Assembly: GCA_951406725.2 (NCBI GenBank)
Contig: OX597814.1
Span: 90,334,001-90,398,000 of the forward strand
Source of the DNA: Octopus vulgaris
Lineage: Eukaryota
Length of the DNA stretch: 64,000 nt
Direction of reading: 5' to 3'
Shown: one piece after another, positions 24,391-38,425 of the stretch
Numbering within the stretch: the first letter of the stretch is position 1
Layout of the letters: each line of letters starts with the position of its first letter
Translations under genes and position numbers: made by a program
Notes under the pieces: generated by a model
Seen by the model: only the letters and a program-made list of their open reading frames with translations
Database searches by the model: none
What the model was told of the DNA's origin: nothing

Positions 24391-24799
24391 AAACAAGATG
24401 AGGACAAATATCCATCAAAGGTAACTAATGTGAATAATGTATAGGGATAAGATGTCCAATATTGTTTTAAGTTAATATAGGAAGATGGAGAAGAAATATA
24501 GTGAATATGTATTTAATTTTATTTGTATCACGATGAAAACATATCACATAATGTAATAGAAATAAGATTTAAAGGAACACAATCAACATAAGAAATAAGA
24601 AATAGGTGAACATTGCTTCGGATCATCACGATTCGAACAATGTTAGGTGTAAACAAACCCCACAGTATCATCGGATTTCATCAAGGCGAATGCTTACATA
24701 TTAGTGGTAAATAACGAACTAAATAAGAAGGATGAGGACCGTATTTTCAAATATTCAAATAACAAACAATAATTTGTATATATATTTGTATATATATAT

Positions 24800-25421
24800 G
24801 CTAGATGGTAACATGTTTTTATATTTTCATTTCTTTCCTGTCGAATTTTATCCCTCATTTTGTGGTTATAGAACCTAACTGTTCTTTCTAGCGTGTTGAA
24901 TCCCATGAGTAGATTCCTCTTATGCGTTTAAATGTACACTGTATTTTATGAGTAATACATACTCTTTGGACTAAATTTTTACATGCTAGGCCACTGGAAG
25001 TGAAAATTTCTATTAATTTCCATTTCCCTTTGATATGATTAAGTATTGTAAGTTTTTGGATAATTTTTGATTTTTAAAAGTTGGCATTTTTTATTGCCGG
25101 CGAAGGGCTGCGTCTACGCAGAAAATTTTGAAAAAATTAGGATGTATAAACAAGAGGCGCATAGTTGATCGCCTCGTGTTTATATATTTAATCTAAGGTG
25201 TACCCGTTGAGAACGATTTCACCTAACGGGTAAATGTCATTTACTTGCAAAACTAAAATCAGAAACCAATTGGTCCAGGAAGCTAGATGGTAAAATGTTT
25301 TTATATTTTTATTTCGTTCCTGTTGAATTTTATCCCTAATTTTGGGGTTATAGAACCTAACTGTTCTTTCTAGCGTGTTGAATCCCACGAGTGGATTCCT
25401 TATGTGTTTAAATGTACACTG
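24800..25421 (+). repeat. ~140 bp direct repeat pair
   Basis: gctagatggtaa...gtttaaatgtacactg occurs at ~24800-24941 and ~25281-25421. Confidence 0.85.
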
Positions 25422-25422
25422 C

Positions 25423-25470
<48 letters not shown>

Positions 25471-25479
25471 TATAGAAGG

Positions 25480-25530
25480 AGCTTCTACAGGACTAGAACT
25501 GTTTCATTCAAGAGAAATCTTCAGGAAGCT
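25480..25530 (-). ncRNA. Type I hammerhead ribozyme (inverted copy)
   Basis: Exact reverse complement of 31156-31206. Confidence 0.8.
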
Positions 25531-26121
25531 AGTTAACAAGAATTGTATTGGCATTTATACATTTAGGCAGGTTTAAAGGGGTGTTGGTGGGGGACTTTTT
25601 GGGGGTAGGCATAGCGCAAAATATCATACTTGGGGGAGTGGTCAAGGAATCAGTGTTAAATTAGATTAAATTAGATAGAAGAATAAATAAAAAGATAAAA
25701 AATATATATAAAAAAAGGGAATAGGGTTTTAGGTAAATAAAGAGATTCTCACTTATACCTATGCACATATGTATACATATATACACACACATATACAAAC
25801 ATATATACATATACATACACACATACACACACACACATATATATACATATATATATACACTTACACATACATATACATATCTACACATTCACATATATAT
25901 GTATACATACACACACTCACATGCATACACGTATACACGCATGTATATATACACACACGACCACACATACATATACACACAGAAAAATATATATACACAT
26001 ACACACACATACACACATACACGCATACACACACATATCCACACACACACATGCACACACAGCACACTAGTCCCTATATACACATATATACACAAACACA
26101 CATATATACACACACATACAT

Positions 26122-26175
<54 letters not shown>

Positions 26176-27339
26176 GTGTACCTATGCATACCTACACATA
26201 CACACATATATATATACACATACAAATACAGACCCATTCCCTAATTTTGATTTTATTATCTTCATTTATTACTTTTGTTATCTTTGACGACTGGTCACAA
26301 ACATCTTGGCTATGACAGCCAGTCCATTTGTCTGTCTACTTGAAAACAAGCACTCATTCACTCACGCACACTCTTTAGCACGTACACTCACTCATTCGTA
26401 CACTCATACACATACACGCACGCACGCGTTATATTCATACATACATACATCTACATACATTCACGTATATACACATACGTACGCGTACCTACAGATTCAT
26501 GTCTACACTCTTAGAAGGCTAGTCTATATATATGCAACAATAAATATAAATACACACACATACACAAACACCTACATACAAATACATACATGTATATATA
26601 TATATATATATACACACACATATATTCACATATATATACATATACATATATATATATACATATATATATATATACATATACACATAACACATACATACAT
26701 ATATATACACACATACACATACATACATATACACACATACACATACATACGTATACATACATACATACATCCATACATCCATACATACATACATTTATAC
26801 ACATACACACACCCACACGTATACATATATATACATATATATATACGCGCCTGCATACACATACAAATACATACACATACGCATATACATATACATACAT
26901 ACACCTACACACATACATATATATATATACATATATATACATATACATATATATATATATATACATATATATACATATATATATATATACACATATATAC
27001 ATACACACACATACACATACATACATACATATACAAATATACGCACACACATACATACAAACTCATATACACATACACGCATATACACATGTACATGCGT
27101 ACCCATACACACACACACACACACGCGCATCCATATATACACATAAGTACACACATGCGTAAAAGTATACATATATCTATGCTTACACATACACACACAC
27201 ACACGCGCCTCCTTATATTCATACTTACATGCTTACTCAGAAAATAAGTAAATAGTAAAATATATATACACGCAGTTATTCATACATGCATACTCAAAAA
27301 ATAAATAATAAATAATAAATAATAAATATTAAGTATATC

Positions 27340-27474
27340 TGCATATCGGAGAGCCTAGAGATCTTGTTCGCCAAAGGCCCTCTCCTTAACAAATTTTCAG
27401 AACACTCCCCAAATTGCATGCATAAGAAGTATGCGAACTACAAGAACTATAGACCTACCCGGCAACCAGATTGA
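27340..27474 (+). pseudogene. C-terminal tip of a Neptune-like PLE ORF
   Basis: Translates CISESLEILFAKGPLLNKFSEHSPNCMHKKY...*, resembling the post-GIY-YIG motif LCLxEKxxI...LLNKRSE...KCRH. Begins right at the inversion junction; too short for the ORF track. Confidence 0.6.
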
Positions 27475-27635
27475 TGACACCCCACCCTCAAAACCCCCCA
27501 ATCCCACCGTTCCCCTAGCACCCCCGATTACCTTTTCTCCTAAGACCTTTCACATATTGTATGTGCACGCTTGTATATGCGTATCGTATATATGTATAGA
27601 AATGTATGGGTATAGTAGGAATATACGCATGTATT

Positions 27636-27668
<33 letters not shown>

Positions 27669-28096
27669 AAAAAAAAAAAATATATATATATATATATATA
27701 TGTATGTGCGTGTGTGTGTGTGTGTGTGTATATATGTATATATGTATATATGTATATATGTGTGTATGCATATGTATGTGTATATGTATGTGTGTATGTA
27801 TGTGTATGTATGTATAAAATATTATATAATTAGGGCTTAGTAAAATAAATTACTTTGCCACATACTGAACTTTCTAGAAAAATCAGCCAAAAAAGTTTTT
27901 TAGCCTCTTTCACTACTTAGAGAATATTTTCTCTTAGACATTGTTAACTCAAAAAAATAATGGTCCTTTTACATACTGAATACTTGGTGAAATTGATTAA
28001 TAACTAATTAACTTTACCCTCAATTGTTGATATATGTATGTGTGTATATATGTATGTGTATGTGTATATGTACATGTATGTATATGTGTATGTGTG

Positions 28097-28189
<93 letters not shown>

Positions 28190-28418
28190 ATGTGTATTAT
28201 GTATATATTTATGTATATATGTATATGTATATGTATGTGTGTGTGTATATGTATGTGTGTGTATATATATGTATGTGTGTGTATATATACGCGAGTATGT
28301 CGATGTATATGCAGGTATGTAGAGTTATGTGTATGTGCATGTATGTGAGTGTAGATACAAATTGTAGATGTGTATATATGTATGTGTGTGTATATATACA
28401 TGTATATAGGTATATGTA

Positions 28419-28473
<55 letters not shown>

Positions 28474-28966
28474 GCGGGTATGTAGAGATATAAGTATGTG
28501 CATGTGTATATATATGTATAGGTATGTGTATGTGTATGTATGTATATATATATGTGTGTGTATGTGTATGTGGGTATATGTATGTATATATGTATATATG
28601 TGTATATGTGTACGTGTGGGTATATATGTGTATGTATATGCATATATGTGTGTGTATGTGTATGTGTGTATATGTGTATATATATATGTATGTATATATA
28701 TGATTGTATGTGTAAATGTATATGTATGTGTATATATGTATATATGTGTATGAGTGAATATGTGTATGTATGCATATATGTATGTATGTATGTATGTATG
28801 TATATGTGTATGTATACATGTGTGTAAATGTGTGTATTTATGTATATGTAAGTGTGTGTGCGTGTATGAGTATGTATGTATGTTTGCACACATGTATATG
28901 TGTGTGTATGTGTATATATATATATGTATATATATGCATATATATATATATATGTTTATGTATATG

Positions 28967-28997
<31 letters not shown>

Positions 28998-29224
28998 GTG
29001 TGTATGCGTATGTATGTATGTGTATATATATGTGTGTGTATGTGTATGTGTATTTGTACATATACGTGTACGCTCGTGTGTTTATGTATATGTAGGTACG
29101 TAGAGTATTCTATGTGTGTATGTATTTGTACATGTGTGTAAGTATGTATATATGTATATATATATATGTGTGTATGTGTGTGTGTGTATATATATGTATG
29201 TGTGTATGTGTATATATATGTGTA

Positions 29225-29292
<68 letters not shown>

Positions 29293-30000
29293 GTTTATAT
29301 GTATGTATCCGTCTATATAATAGGTAACTGCACGTACATATACTTAATATTTATTATTTATTATTTATTATTTATTTTTTGAGTATGCATGTATGAATAA
29401 CTGCGTGTATATATATTTTACTATTTACTTATTTTCTGAGTAAGCATGTAAGTATGAATATAAGGAGGCGCGTGTGTGTGTGTGTATGTGTAAGCATAGA
29501 TATATGTATACTTTTACGCATGTGTGTACTTATGTGTATATATGGATGCGCGTGTGTGTGTGTGTGTATGGGTACGCATGTACATGTGTATATGCGTGTA
29601 TGTGTATATGAGTTTGTATGTATGTGTGTGCGTATATTTGTATAAGTATGTATGTATGTGTATGTGTGTGTATGTATATATGTGTATATATATATATATG
29701 TATATATATGTATATATATATATATATATATGTATATGTATATATATGTATATATATATATGTATGTGTGTATGTGTATGTATGTATATGTATATGCGTA
29801 TGTGTATGTATTTGTATGTGTATGCAGGCGCGTATATATATATATGTATGTATATGTATACGTGTGGGTGTGTGTATGTGTATAAATGTATGTATGTATG
29901 GATGTATGGATGTATGTATGTATGTATACGTATGTATGTGTATGTGTGTATATGTATGTATGTGTATGTGTGTATATATATGTATGTATGTGTATATGTT

Positions 30001-30041
<41 letters not shown>

Positions 30042-30509
30042 GTATATGTATATATATGTGAATATATGTGTGTGTATATATATATATATATACATGTATG
30101 TATTTGTATGTAGGTGTTTGTGTATGTGTGTGTATTTATATTTATTGGTGCATATGTATAGACTAGCCTTCTAAGAGTGTAGACATGAATCTGTAGGTAC
30201 GCGTACGTATGTGTATATACGTGAATGTATGTAGATGTATGTATGTATGAATATAACGCGTGCGTGCGTGTATGTGTATGAGTGTACGAATGAGTGAGTG
30301 TACGTGCTAAAGAGTGTGCGTGAGTGAATGAGCGCTTATTTTCAAGTAGACAGACAAATGGACTGGCTGTCATAGCCAAGATGTTTGTGACCAGTCGTCA
30401 AAGATAACAAAAGTAATAAATGAAGATAATAAAATCAAAATTAGGGAATGGGTCTGTATTTGTATGTGTATATATATATGTGTGTATGTGTAGGTATGCA
30501 TAGGTACAC

Positions 30510-30565
<56 letters not shown>

Positions 30566-31155
30566 ATGTATGTGTGTGTATATATGTGTGTTTGTGTATA
30601 TATGTGTATATAGGGACTAGTGTGCTGTGTGTGCATGTGTGTGTGTGGATATGTGTGTGTATGCGTGTATGTGTGTATGTGTGTGTATGTGTATATATAT
30701 TTTTCTGTGTGTATATGTATGTGTGGTCGTGTGTGTATATATACATGCGTGTATACGTGTATGCATGTGAGTGTGTGTATGTATACATATATATGTGAAT
30801 GTGTAGATATGTATATGTATGTGTAAGTGTATATATATATGTATATATATGTGTGTGTGTGTATGTGTGTATGTATATGTATATATGTTTGTATATGTGT
30901 GTGTATATATGTATACATATGTGCATAGGTATAAGTGAGAATCTCCTTATTTACCTAAAACCCTATTCCCTTTTTTTATATATATTTTTTATCTTTTTAT
31001 TTATTCTTCTATCTAATTTAATCTAATTTAACACTGATTCCTTGACCACTCCCCAAGTATGATATTTTGCGCTATGCCTACCCCCAAAAAGTCCCCCACC
31101 AACACCCCTTTAAACCTGCCTAAATGTATAAATGCCAATACAATTCTTGTTAACT

Positions 31156-31206
31156 AGCTTCCTGAAGATTTCTCTTGAATGAAACAGTTCTAGTCCTGTA
31201 GAAGCT
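31156..31206 (+). ncRNA. Type I hammerhead ribozyme
   Basis: AGCUUC-CUGAAGA-uUUCucuuGAAu-GAAA-CAGuucuagucCUG-UA-GAAGCU. Stem I is 6 bp; stem II is 3 bp after a U.U pair; stem III is 3 bp plus A-U. Confidence 0.8.
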
Positions 31207-31289
31207 CCTTCTATATAATAAATTATTTTTACTCTGCTATGTATTGAGTACCTTATTTACTGTGGTTAACTCCGAATCAACCCGGGACC

Positions 31290-31331
<42 letters not shown>

Positions 31332-32102
31332 GCGAAATAGTTTTTATGTAGTTTTAAAATGTGCCATTATTAAACAATCAAAATAAGACAGACATTAATT
31401 GTCACTTATTCGTTTAAATAAATTGAACACAATTCACAATTGGTAGAGCATATTTTGAGAAGTTTCAAAATATCTCATTTTTACAGATGAACGCTATGTT
31501 AATCTTAGAGTGCAAATGACACCGAACGTCTTGCATTGAAAGCGTCCATGTAATAATAGTAAGATCCATTTATATAACAGTCATCATTTGCCGAATATTT
31601 TATTACTGTATTAGAAATTAAATGAATGTTTATCAGTGCTTTGTGGATTGAATTAAAAATATTTTTTTTGTTTAAATCTTCTATATAACGTGCTGTCAGC
31701 GGCTCTTGAAGGCGTTAGATTTATAGATCTTAACGGGTCTCAAATGAACAGCTCGAACTGCTTGTACATTTTCATGTACACTCAAACTTTTAAATCATAT
31801 TTCGTTTGTTGCTTTTGACCAGTACTATGTATCAGTGTGCTGCTTTTGTTTACGTTACATCTGGTATAATGACATGCAAGAACATTTTATCGTACTCAAA
31901 TTTCTATATTCTAACACGTGCTTGTCACACGCGTCCACATTTTCTATTTTGTCGACACCCAACACAAAAACACTCATGCATATATATATGTGTGCACGCA
32001 CACACTCACACATACATATACATACCTACACACATACATACATACACATGCATACATATATACATACATACATAAATACATTCATACATACATATATACT
32101 TG

Positions 32103-32920
32103 TACAAGATGTTCAGGATAAACTTGACGATTATTTATGTATCTTGCTTGCAGTAACAGCTCGATGCATTGGTATGCAGTCAACGGCGTAGTAAAACATA
32201 CCGATAAAGGTAGTTGCTGTGAAAATTTGGCTGACATAAAGACAAGAATCTACCTAAAATCTGGGAAGGGTTATATATGTAATTGTGATTCGCGCCGGGT
32301 ATCAAAATTCCGGCATCATGACTGCAGCTTAATGCTCTGTGTGTGCTGAAAATGCTGTAAGGCATGATGTGGGCATCTGCAACGAAGACTTCGAAGCGGT
32401 GGCCAGCTGGAGGGACATGGCCTGACTTAGGATTCATCCACCAAATGATGATCAGGGCCCTAAGCTGAATTGAGGCAGCTATCTGAAGCTACCGGACACT
32501 GGTATCATTCCCTGGCTGGAGAGCTTTGCTGCTGGAAGGCCATATATGTAGCTGCAAGATGTGGCTCATTGCCATTCCACCGTAAACAGTCAGAGGTGAT
32601 TGCTAGACAATTTCAACGAATTCATCAGACCCAAATTGCGGCCTCTTAGCTCCCCCAATTGTACTCCTATCATGCGTGGGTCGAGAAAGACATTAACTGT
32701 TCAGCGGCGAGTGGTACCTAAGTTCAAGAAGATGTTCGAAGATCTTCCCAAGGACGCAGTGAGGAACGCATGTGCAAGATTTCGGAGCAGTCTTGAGGCT
32801 GTGGTGGTCGGCTACTATGAGTGAACTGTTATCTTCCAGGCATGACTATAATTTAGAATTTTTGATTTTGAAAATTACTTTCATTTTTGGATGGGTTATT
32901 TTATTCTATTTTCCTTTGCA
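32103..32920 (+). mobile_element. Degraded Tc1/mariner-superfamily transposon
   Basis: LQDVAHCH (QDxAxxH) and RPLSSPNCTP (WPxxSPDLNP-like) remnants; related to 45700-46519. Confidence 0.65.
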
Positions 32921-33829
32921 TCGGCCTCACTGCTCAACTGGTACTTATTTTAACGACCCCCAAACGATAACAAGTAAAGTAGACCTCATCTGCATTTGAA
33001 TTTTACTTATATATTGTCACTCTTCTCTAGTGGTAAAAATGAAAAAAATTTGCGTCGTGAAAAATCGGAAATACGATTCCAATATTCAGAGTTTCTCATA
33101 AAATACACTCTCCAAATATTCAGTTTTTTTTTCGGCTTTATAGATATACGCAAGCATGCATAAGTGTATGTCTGTATGTACGTAGTCGTGAATGTATCAT
33201 TATATGAAGTTACTATGTCTACATTGCAAGATAATATTGACTGCGAATCAACATAAACAAATCAAACAAAAAATAATAGAATCTAATTGTCACCTGTGGC
33301 GTAGAATATTGACAAACACATTGTTGATATCTAATAATGTAGAATTCTGAATAATGCATGTGATTGTAATCTAAAGGGAAACTGAAAAATATTTACACAC
33401 TAACACTCAAACACTTAAATTCTATTAGAGAGAACAAAACTAAACCGAATAAAATGGACGTCGATGGAGAAGATGTAGGGTCAGAAAGAAATGTTGCCTC
33501 CAGAATAAAAAAATGTTTAAGAGTGTTTATATTCATCTTATAAAATTCCTACTGGAATCGATAAAATAAATACCAGTCTTATAGTAAATTCAATTTAGTA
33601 CAATTTAACCTAAAAGCAATAACACACAGAAAAGAGGTATTATGCTTTGTGAAAAGAACCCGTAGCAAACTATCATTGGTGAGCGTGCTTGAGTAGATAT
33701 AACCAACTAAATATCATTTGCAGAAATGTATCGATTCAAAGTTTCAGCTATTTCTGTATATTTCGTCTCGAAGAGATGAGTTGAAAAGTAACACAGGGCG
33801 GGGTATCTGTTTCAAAGCAGCTGAAGTAA

Positions 33830-34611
33830 GTTTAAACTGTATTATAACACTGGAATTTGCATCTAGCAGTCACAGTTGCATCTCTTTGTACCAAATCTGT
33901 ATCCAAAACCTCAGCCTATATCAAAGAACTCAGCGGGATTTTTTATCTGCATGTGTCCAAGGGGGGAAGTGAAGACACTTTGAAATTGTTCACTGAATAT
34001 CTCACTTATACTTCCTGGGTCCGCCGTCAGTGAGTCATTCCTTTGGAACAATGGTCCTCTATTGTGGCTGTTTCCTTAGCAAATTTATAGAAAGTTTAGG
34101 GATATGTTTTTATGTTTTCCACAGACCTTTTCCCTCTCTCTCTTTCTCTTTCTCTCTCTCTTTCTCTTTCTCTCTCTCTCTCTTTCTCCGTGCTCTTTCC
34201 TTTTTGTGAGAGAGTTTGATCTTGATTTCAATTTCTAGGAGCGTCTGTGTTAAGATAGATTTCTCTCTATCCTTCAGTTGCATGTTCAGCTGCTTTGAGA
34301 TCTTTGACTTGCGTCTCACGAGGATTTTTCTATGCCTGGGAATCTTGTTTGATAGAGTGCGGGGATTTCTGGGATATATTTATGCTTATAGCTTGCGCTG
34401 TTGACATAAACTGACTGAGTTTCAGAACAATGTCTTTCATACACAGAATGTTGGATCAGTTTCGTTTGTGGATCTCTTTGCGGATTGATTCCCATTTTGC
34501 CTTTTGTAAATTCAGGTTGGATTAGGCATCAGTCTTTCTGATAGGGTAGATACCAACAGTTCGCTTAGGACCATACATAGTTAGCTCAACAATGTTGTGA
34601 TCCGAGAGTGC

Positions 34612-34612
<1 letters not shown>
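33830..34612 (-). mobile_element. Degraded CR1-group LINE fragment (APE end to linker)
   Basis: [14 protein letters not shown] aligns with ISDHNIIELSMYG of the 11262-14560 element. Confidence 0.8.
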
Positions 34613-34654
<42 letters not shown>

Positions 34655-34677
34655 GTTTTTGTGTATATATATACATA

Positions 34678-34719
<42 letters not shown>

Positions 34720-34730
34720 AGTATATATAC

Positions 34731-34772
<42 letters not shown>

Positions 34773-34779
34773 TACATAC

Positions 34780-34824
<45 letters not shown>

Positions 34825-35506
34825 TATATATGTTGGGTACTCTGGTGCAAGATTTGGAAAGAGCACGTGCATGCGAAGCAGAAAATGGCTGCCATTTAAA
34901 CGATATCATTTTACATATGTGATGTAACGGTGTTGCAAACTTTGACATGTGCAATGTCCTTTATACTGTATCAAAATGTCATGAGTTTATTTTTTATAGT
35001 TACGAGGTTAGTCAAAATTATGTATATATTAAGAAAGATAAAAAGATTATTAAATACTTCCTTCAGATTAACAGTATAGAACGAGAAAACATTGTATACT
35101 TGACTCAAATAAGAGAATGCTACAAGATGAAGTAACGAGTTTTTTTTTTCTGGTATACAATACTCTAATTTCAAAGCATTGTTCATTTCCCTTTTTTCAA
35201 CACTATTTTCTCATGTCACTTTCGGATTGACCATTTGGATTACGCTTTGGGTTGACTCTGAGGTGCAAACTCTAAAAACAATTGACGCAATGAAGTATTC
35301 AGCGTACTGATGAAATGAGGAAAAATATCGACATCTTTACCCTCTGTAATGCTAGACTATTATCTGAATAAGAAACAAGTGATCTGGAAAGGTGATTAAA
35401 AAACTGCCGTGCACAGAGTGAACCCTCAATAACGGTGAAATACTGTTGGACAATAGAAAATCACTAGAGTTGGTGATAAATAAATTACATTCTCATGCAG
35501 TTAACC

Positions 35507-35571
35507 AACCAGAACAAGGATAAAACGGAAGGATAAAAACCAGAACAAGGATAAAACGGAAGGATAAAAAC
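35507..35571 (+). repeat. 31 bp tandem duplication
   Basis: aaccagaacaaggataaaacggaaggataaa x2. Confidence 0.9.
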
Positions 35572-36199
35572 AAAAGAAGAATTTAATGATCCATGTTTAA
35601 AAACCTACATATATATGGTAATATCAGCTTGAAATATATTTGAAGTACCAAATTTATACGAGTAAGGCAAACGATGAATAATTTTGCCTCACTTAATGCA
35701 ACAGAACGTGCAAAAAAAAGGGAGAGAGAAATCTTAGATACTATATTTTTCTCATGCTTAATTGCTTATACAATTATTGCTGTGGAACTTAGTGAATTTT
35801 CAAGTTATTTATGATTTATTATTAAAATGGAATTTATGGAAAATTTGAAGTTTCATCATTTCTTATTGATGTGAAGTGTATGAAACACTCGAATTTTAAC
35901 CGTGTAATTTTTCTATGAATCATCTTTAACATTTGATTTTTGAGCCTGTTTTATAGCTATGAAGCTCCACTTGTTTATATCGACTTTCTTACAAATGTTC
36001 ATTTTATATTTTATGTTCATTTTTCATTTAAAGACAAATCAAAACAAAAAACAAAAGAATATTTGCAATCGACATCATATTTTGATAGATTAAAATAAAT
36101 CACACAAATCCGTTTTATGACCCAGTAGCTTTTTCAAGCGGTTGTTCTTAGTTTCGTTCCTCTTTGTGTGGAGGTAAGCCTCTTTTGTCACATACATAC

Positions 36200-36230
<31 letters not shown>

Positions 36231-37280
36231 CATACATACATACGTACATACATACAAGGGAAACATCCACATTGTAACTGTGGTGGTAGTGGTGGAAGCA
36301 AGTATATTCAATTACCATGATTTACTTACACATAATATTTAGTATTTCAAATAGGCAGTTAGCTTGAGGATTTGCCAAATTGTATTTATAAATATCATAA
36401 TCGAATATAATCATAACAAATAGCTGTTCACAGCCTACAAACGAAATCTGCTTTACACAATTTAATTTTATATTCCACGCTAAATAATTTTCTATTGCTT
36501 GTAAGTTCATTACAGATTATTCCACTGAATTTAATTCATAATATAAGAACATAGTAAAATAATTCTTGAACGAAACCGTCCGTAAATATTGGAAAACTAA
36601 AGGGGCTTTGTTGCCTGTTAAGCTTTAGGGTAATACACTCTATGGCTAACTCACTGACAATTGAAATTTTATTTTCTGAAATAGAAAACGTTATATGTAA
36701 AGTTCAAATATTTATTTGTAAAAAATAACAAAATTGTTTCAATGAGTTTACACACAGAATGTTATGATTTAACTTTATTATAGTGCAACACATTTTTACA
36801 CAAAAATGTTTCCATATTCAACTATATACAGTGAGAGGGAGAAAAAGGGAGAGAGAGCGAGAAAAAGAGATGAGGGTATAAAGAAATAGAAATAGATAAA
36901 CAATAACGGTGCAAGATATATACACATATATATTTGAGTGAAGTTGCATTTATTTACATGAATGTATGATTGTGTCCGATATATTCTCAGTGCGTTGCAT
37001 GCAATTCCTACATATATTTAAATTTTACAGGATCAATAGATCCTACGTATAAAAATTAGATGTCATACCCACTCACACGCGCGCGCACATACACACATAT
37101 ATAAAGAAACATTTACGTAAGTATGGTTGTGTATAAGTATGTAAGTTTGTAGATAATACAGGCATACATGCATACATATATACATACCTACATGCGCACC
37201 TACATGAATGTGTCCATACATACATGCATTCATACATGCATACATACATACTTATATACATACATACATACATACATACA

Positions 37281-37314
<34 letters not shown>

Positions 37315-37704
37315 CATACCTGCATACATATACAAGGCTTTTTGCTGTTTGTATGACGTGATTGATAAAGCTGAAAGTAATCATAGTGCATTAGATGAAA
37401 GTCTTAAGATAAGAAAGAAGTGGTAATTGTTATCATCAGTACTAGATTACACTTCACCATTTCTTTAAATATCTACTTTAATAATTAAATTTCTCACTCA
37501 ATTAACAGGGAAATTTAGGGATTGCTGTAATTTAATATGGCACTTCCTAAAGCAGAATTCAATAATTATGTATTGTGTGGGACTGTAGAATGAAAAAGGA
37601 AAGCTAATCTTTTGCATAAAATGCGTGGGATATATATCCACGTGTATTTACATGTAAGTGTGTGAGAGTGTATACATATAATATATATATATATATATAT
37701 ATGC

Positions 37705-37752
<48 letters not shown>

Positions 37753-37859
37753 TAAATACATACATACGTGCGTTTGTGTGTAAAAGAATTTTAAGAACGT
37801 CAGACTAGTAACGACACAGAATATATTATATAAGCGTATCTCTATGTAATCCATTCTCT

Positions 37860-38425
37860 ATAGGCACAAGGCCTGACATTTTGGGGAAGGGGATAGTCGA
37901 TTACATCGACCCCAATGCTCAACTGGTACTTAACTAATCGCCCCGAAAGGATGAAAGGTAAAGACGACCTCAGCGGAATTCGAACTCAGAACGTAGCGAC
38001 GGGCGAAGTACCTATTTCTTTACTACCCACAAGGGGCTAAACACAGAGAGGACAAACAAAGACAGACAAACAGATTAAGTCGATTATGTCAACCACAGTG
38101 CGTAACTGGTACTTAATTTATCGACCCCGAAAGGATGAAAGGCAAAGTCGACCCCGGCGGAATTTGAACTCAGAACGTAACGGCAGACGAAATACAGCTA
38201 CGCATTTTGCCTGGCGTGCTAGCATTTCTGCCAGCTCGCCGCCTTTATTTATTTCTTTACTACCCACAAGGGGCTAAACACAGAGAGGACAAACAAAGAC
38301 AGACAAACGGATTAAGTCGATTATATCGACCCCAGTGCGTAACTGGTACTTATTTAATCGACCCCAAAAGGATAAAAGGCAAAGTCGACCTCAGCGGAAT
38401 TTGAACTCAGAACGTAAAGACAGAC
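37860..38425 (-). mobile_element. SINE cluster (composite copy plus adjacent partial copy)
   Basis: Three gaatttgaactcagaacgta modules; the 5' head gccagctcgccgcctt lies at ~38231-38246. Confidence 0.85.

Larger units (their letters stand above)
25460..31291 (+). mobile_element. Penelope-like element remnant with ~1.9 kb inverted arms and a microsatellite-mosaic 3' region
   Basis: 25460-27338 is the reverse complement of 29338-31226. A PLE ORF end lies at 27340-27474, each arm has a hammerhead, an unpaired ~65 bp tail follows (31227-31291), and (TA)n flanks both sides. Confidence 0.8.

Noticed and set aside
25661-31026. Dozens of long His/Thr/Tyr/Ile- or Met/Tyr/Val/Cys-rich ORFs (up to 354 aa)
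   Set aside because: They are translations of TA/CA/CATA mosaics that lack stop codons in several frames on both strands; there is no coding signal. The same applies to similar ORFs across the window.
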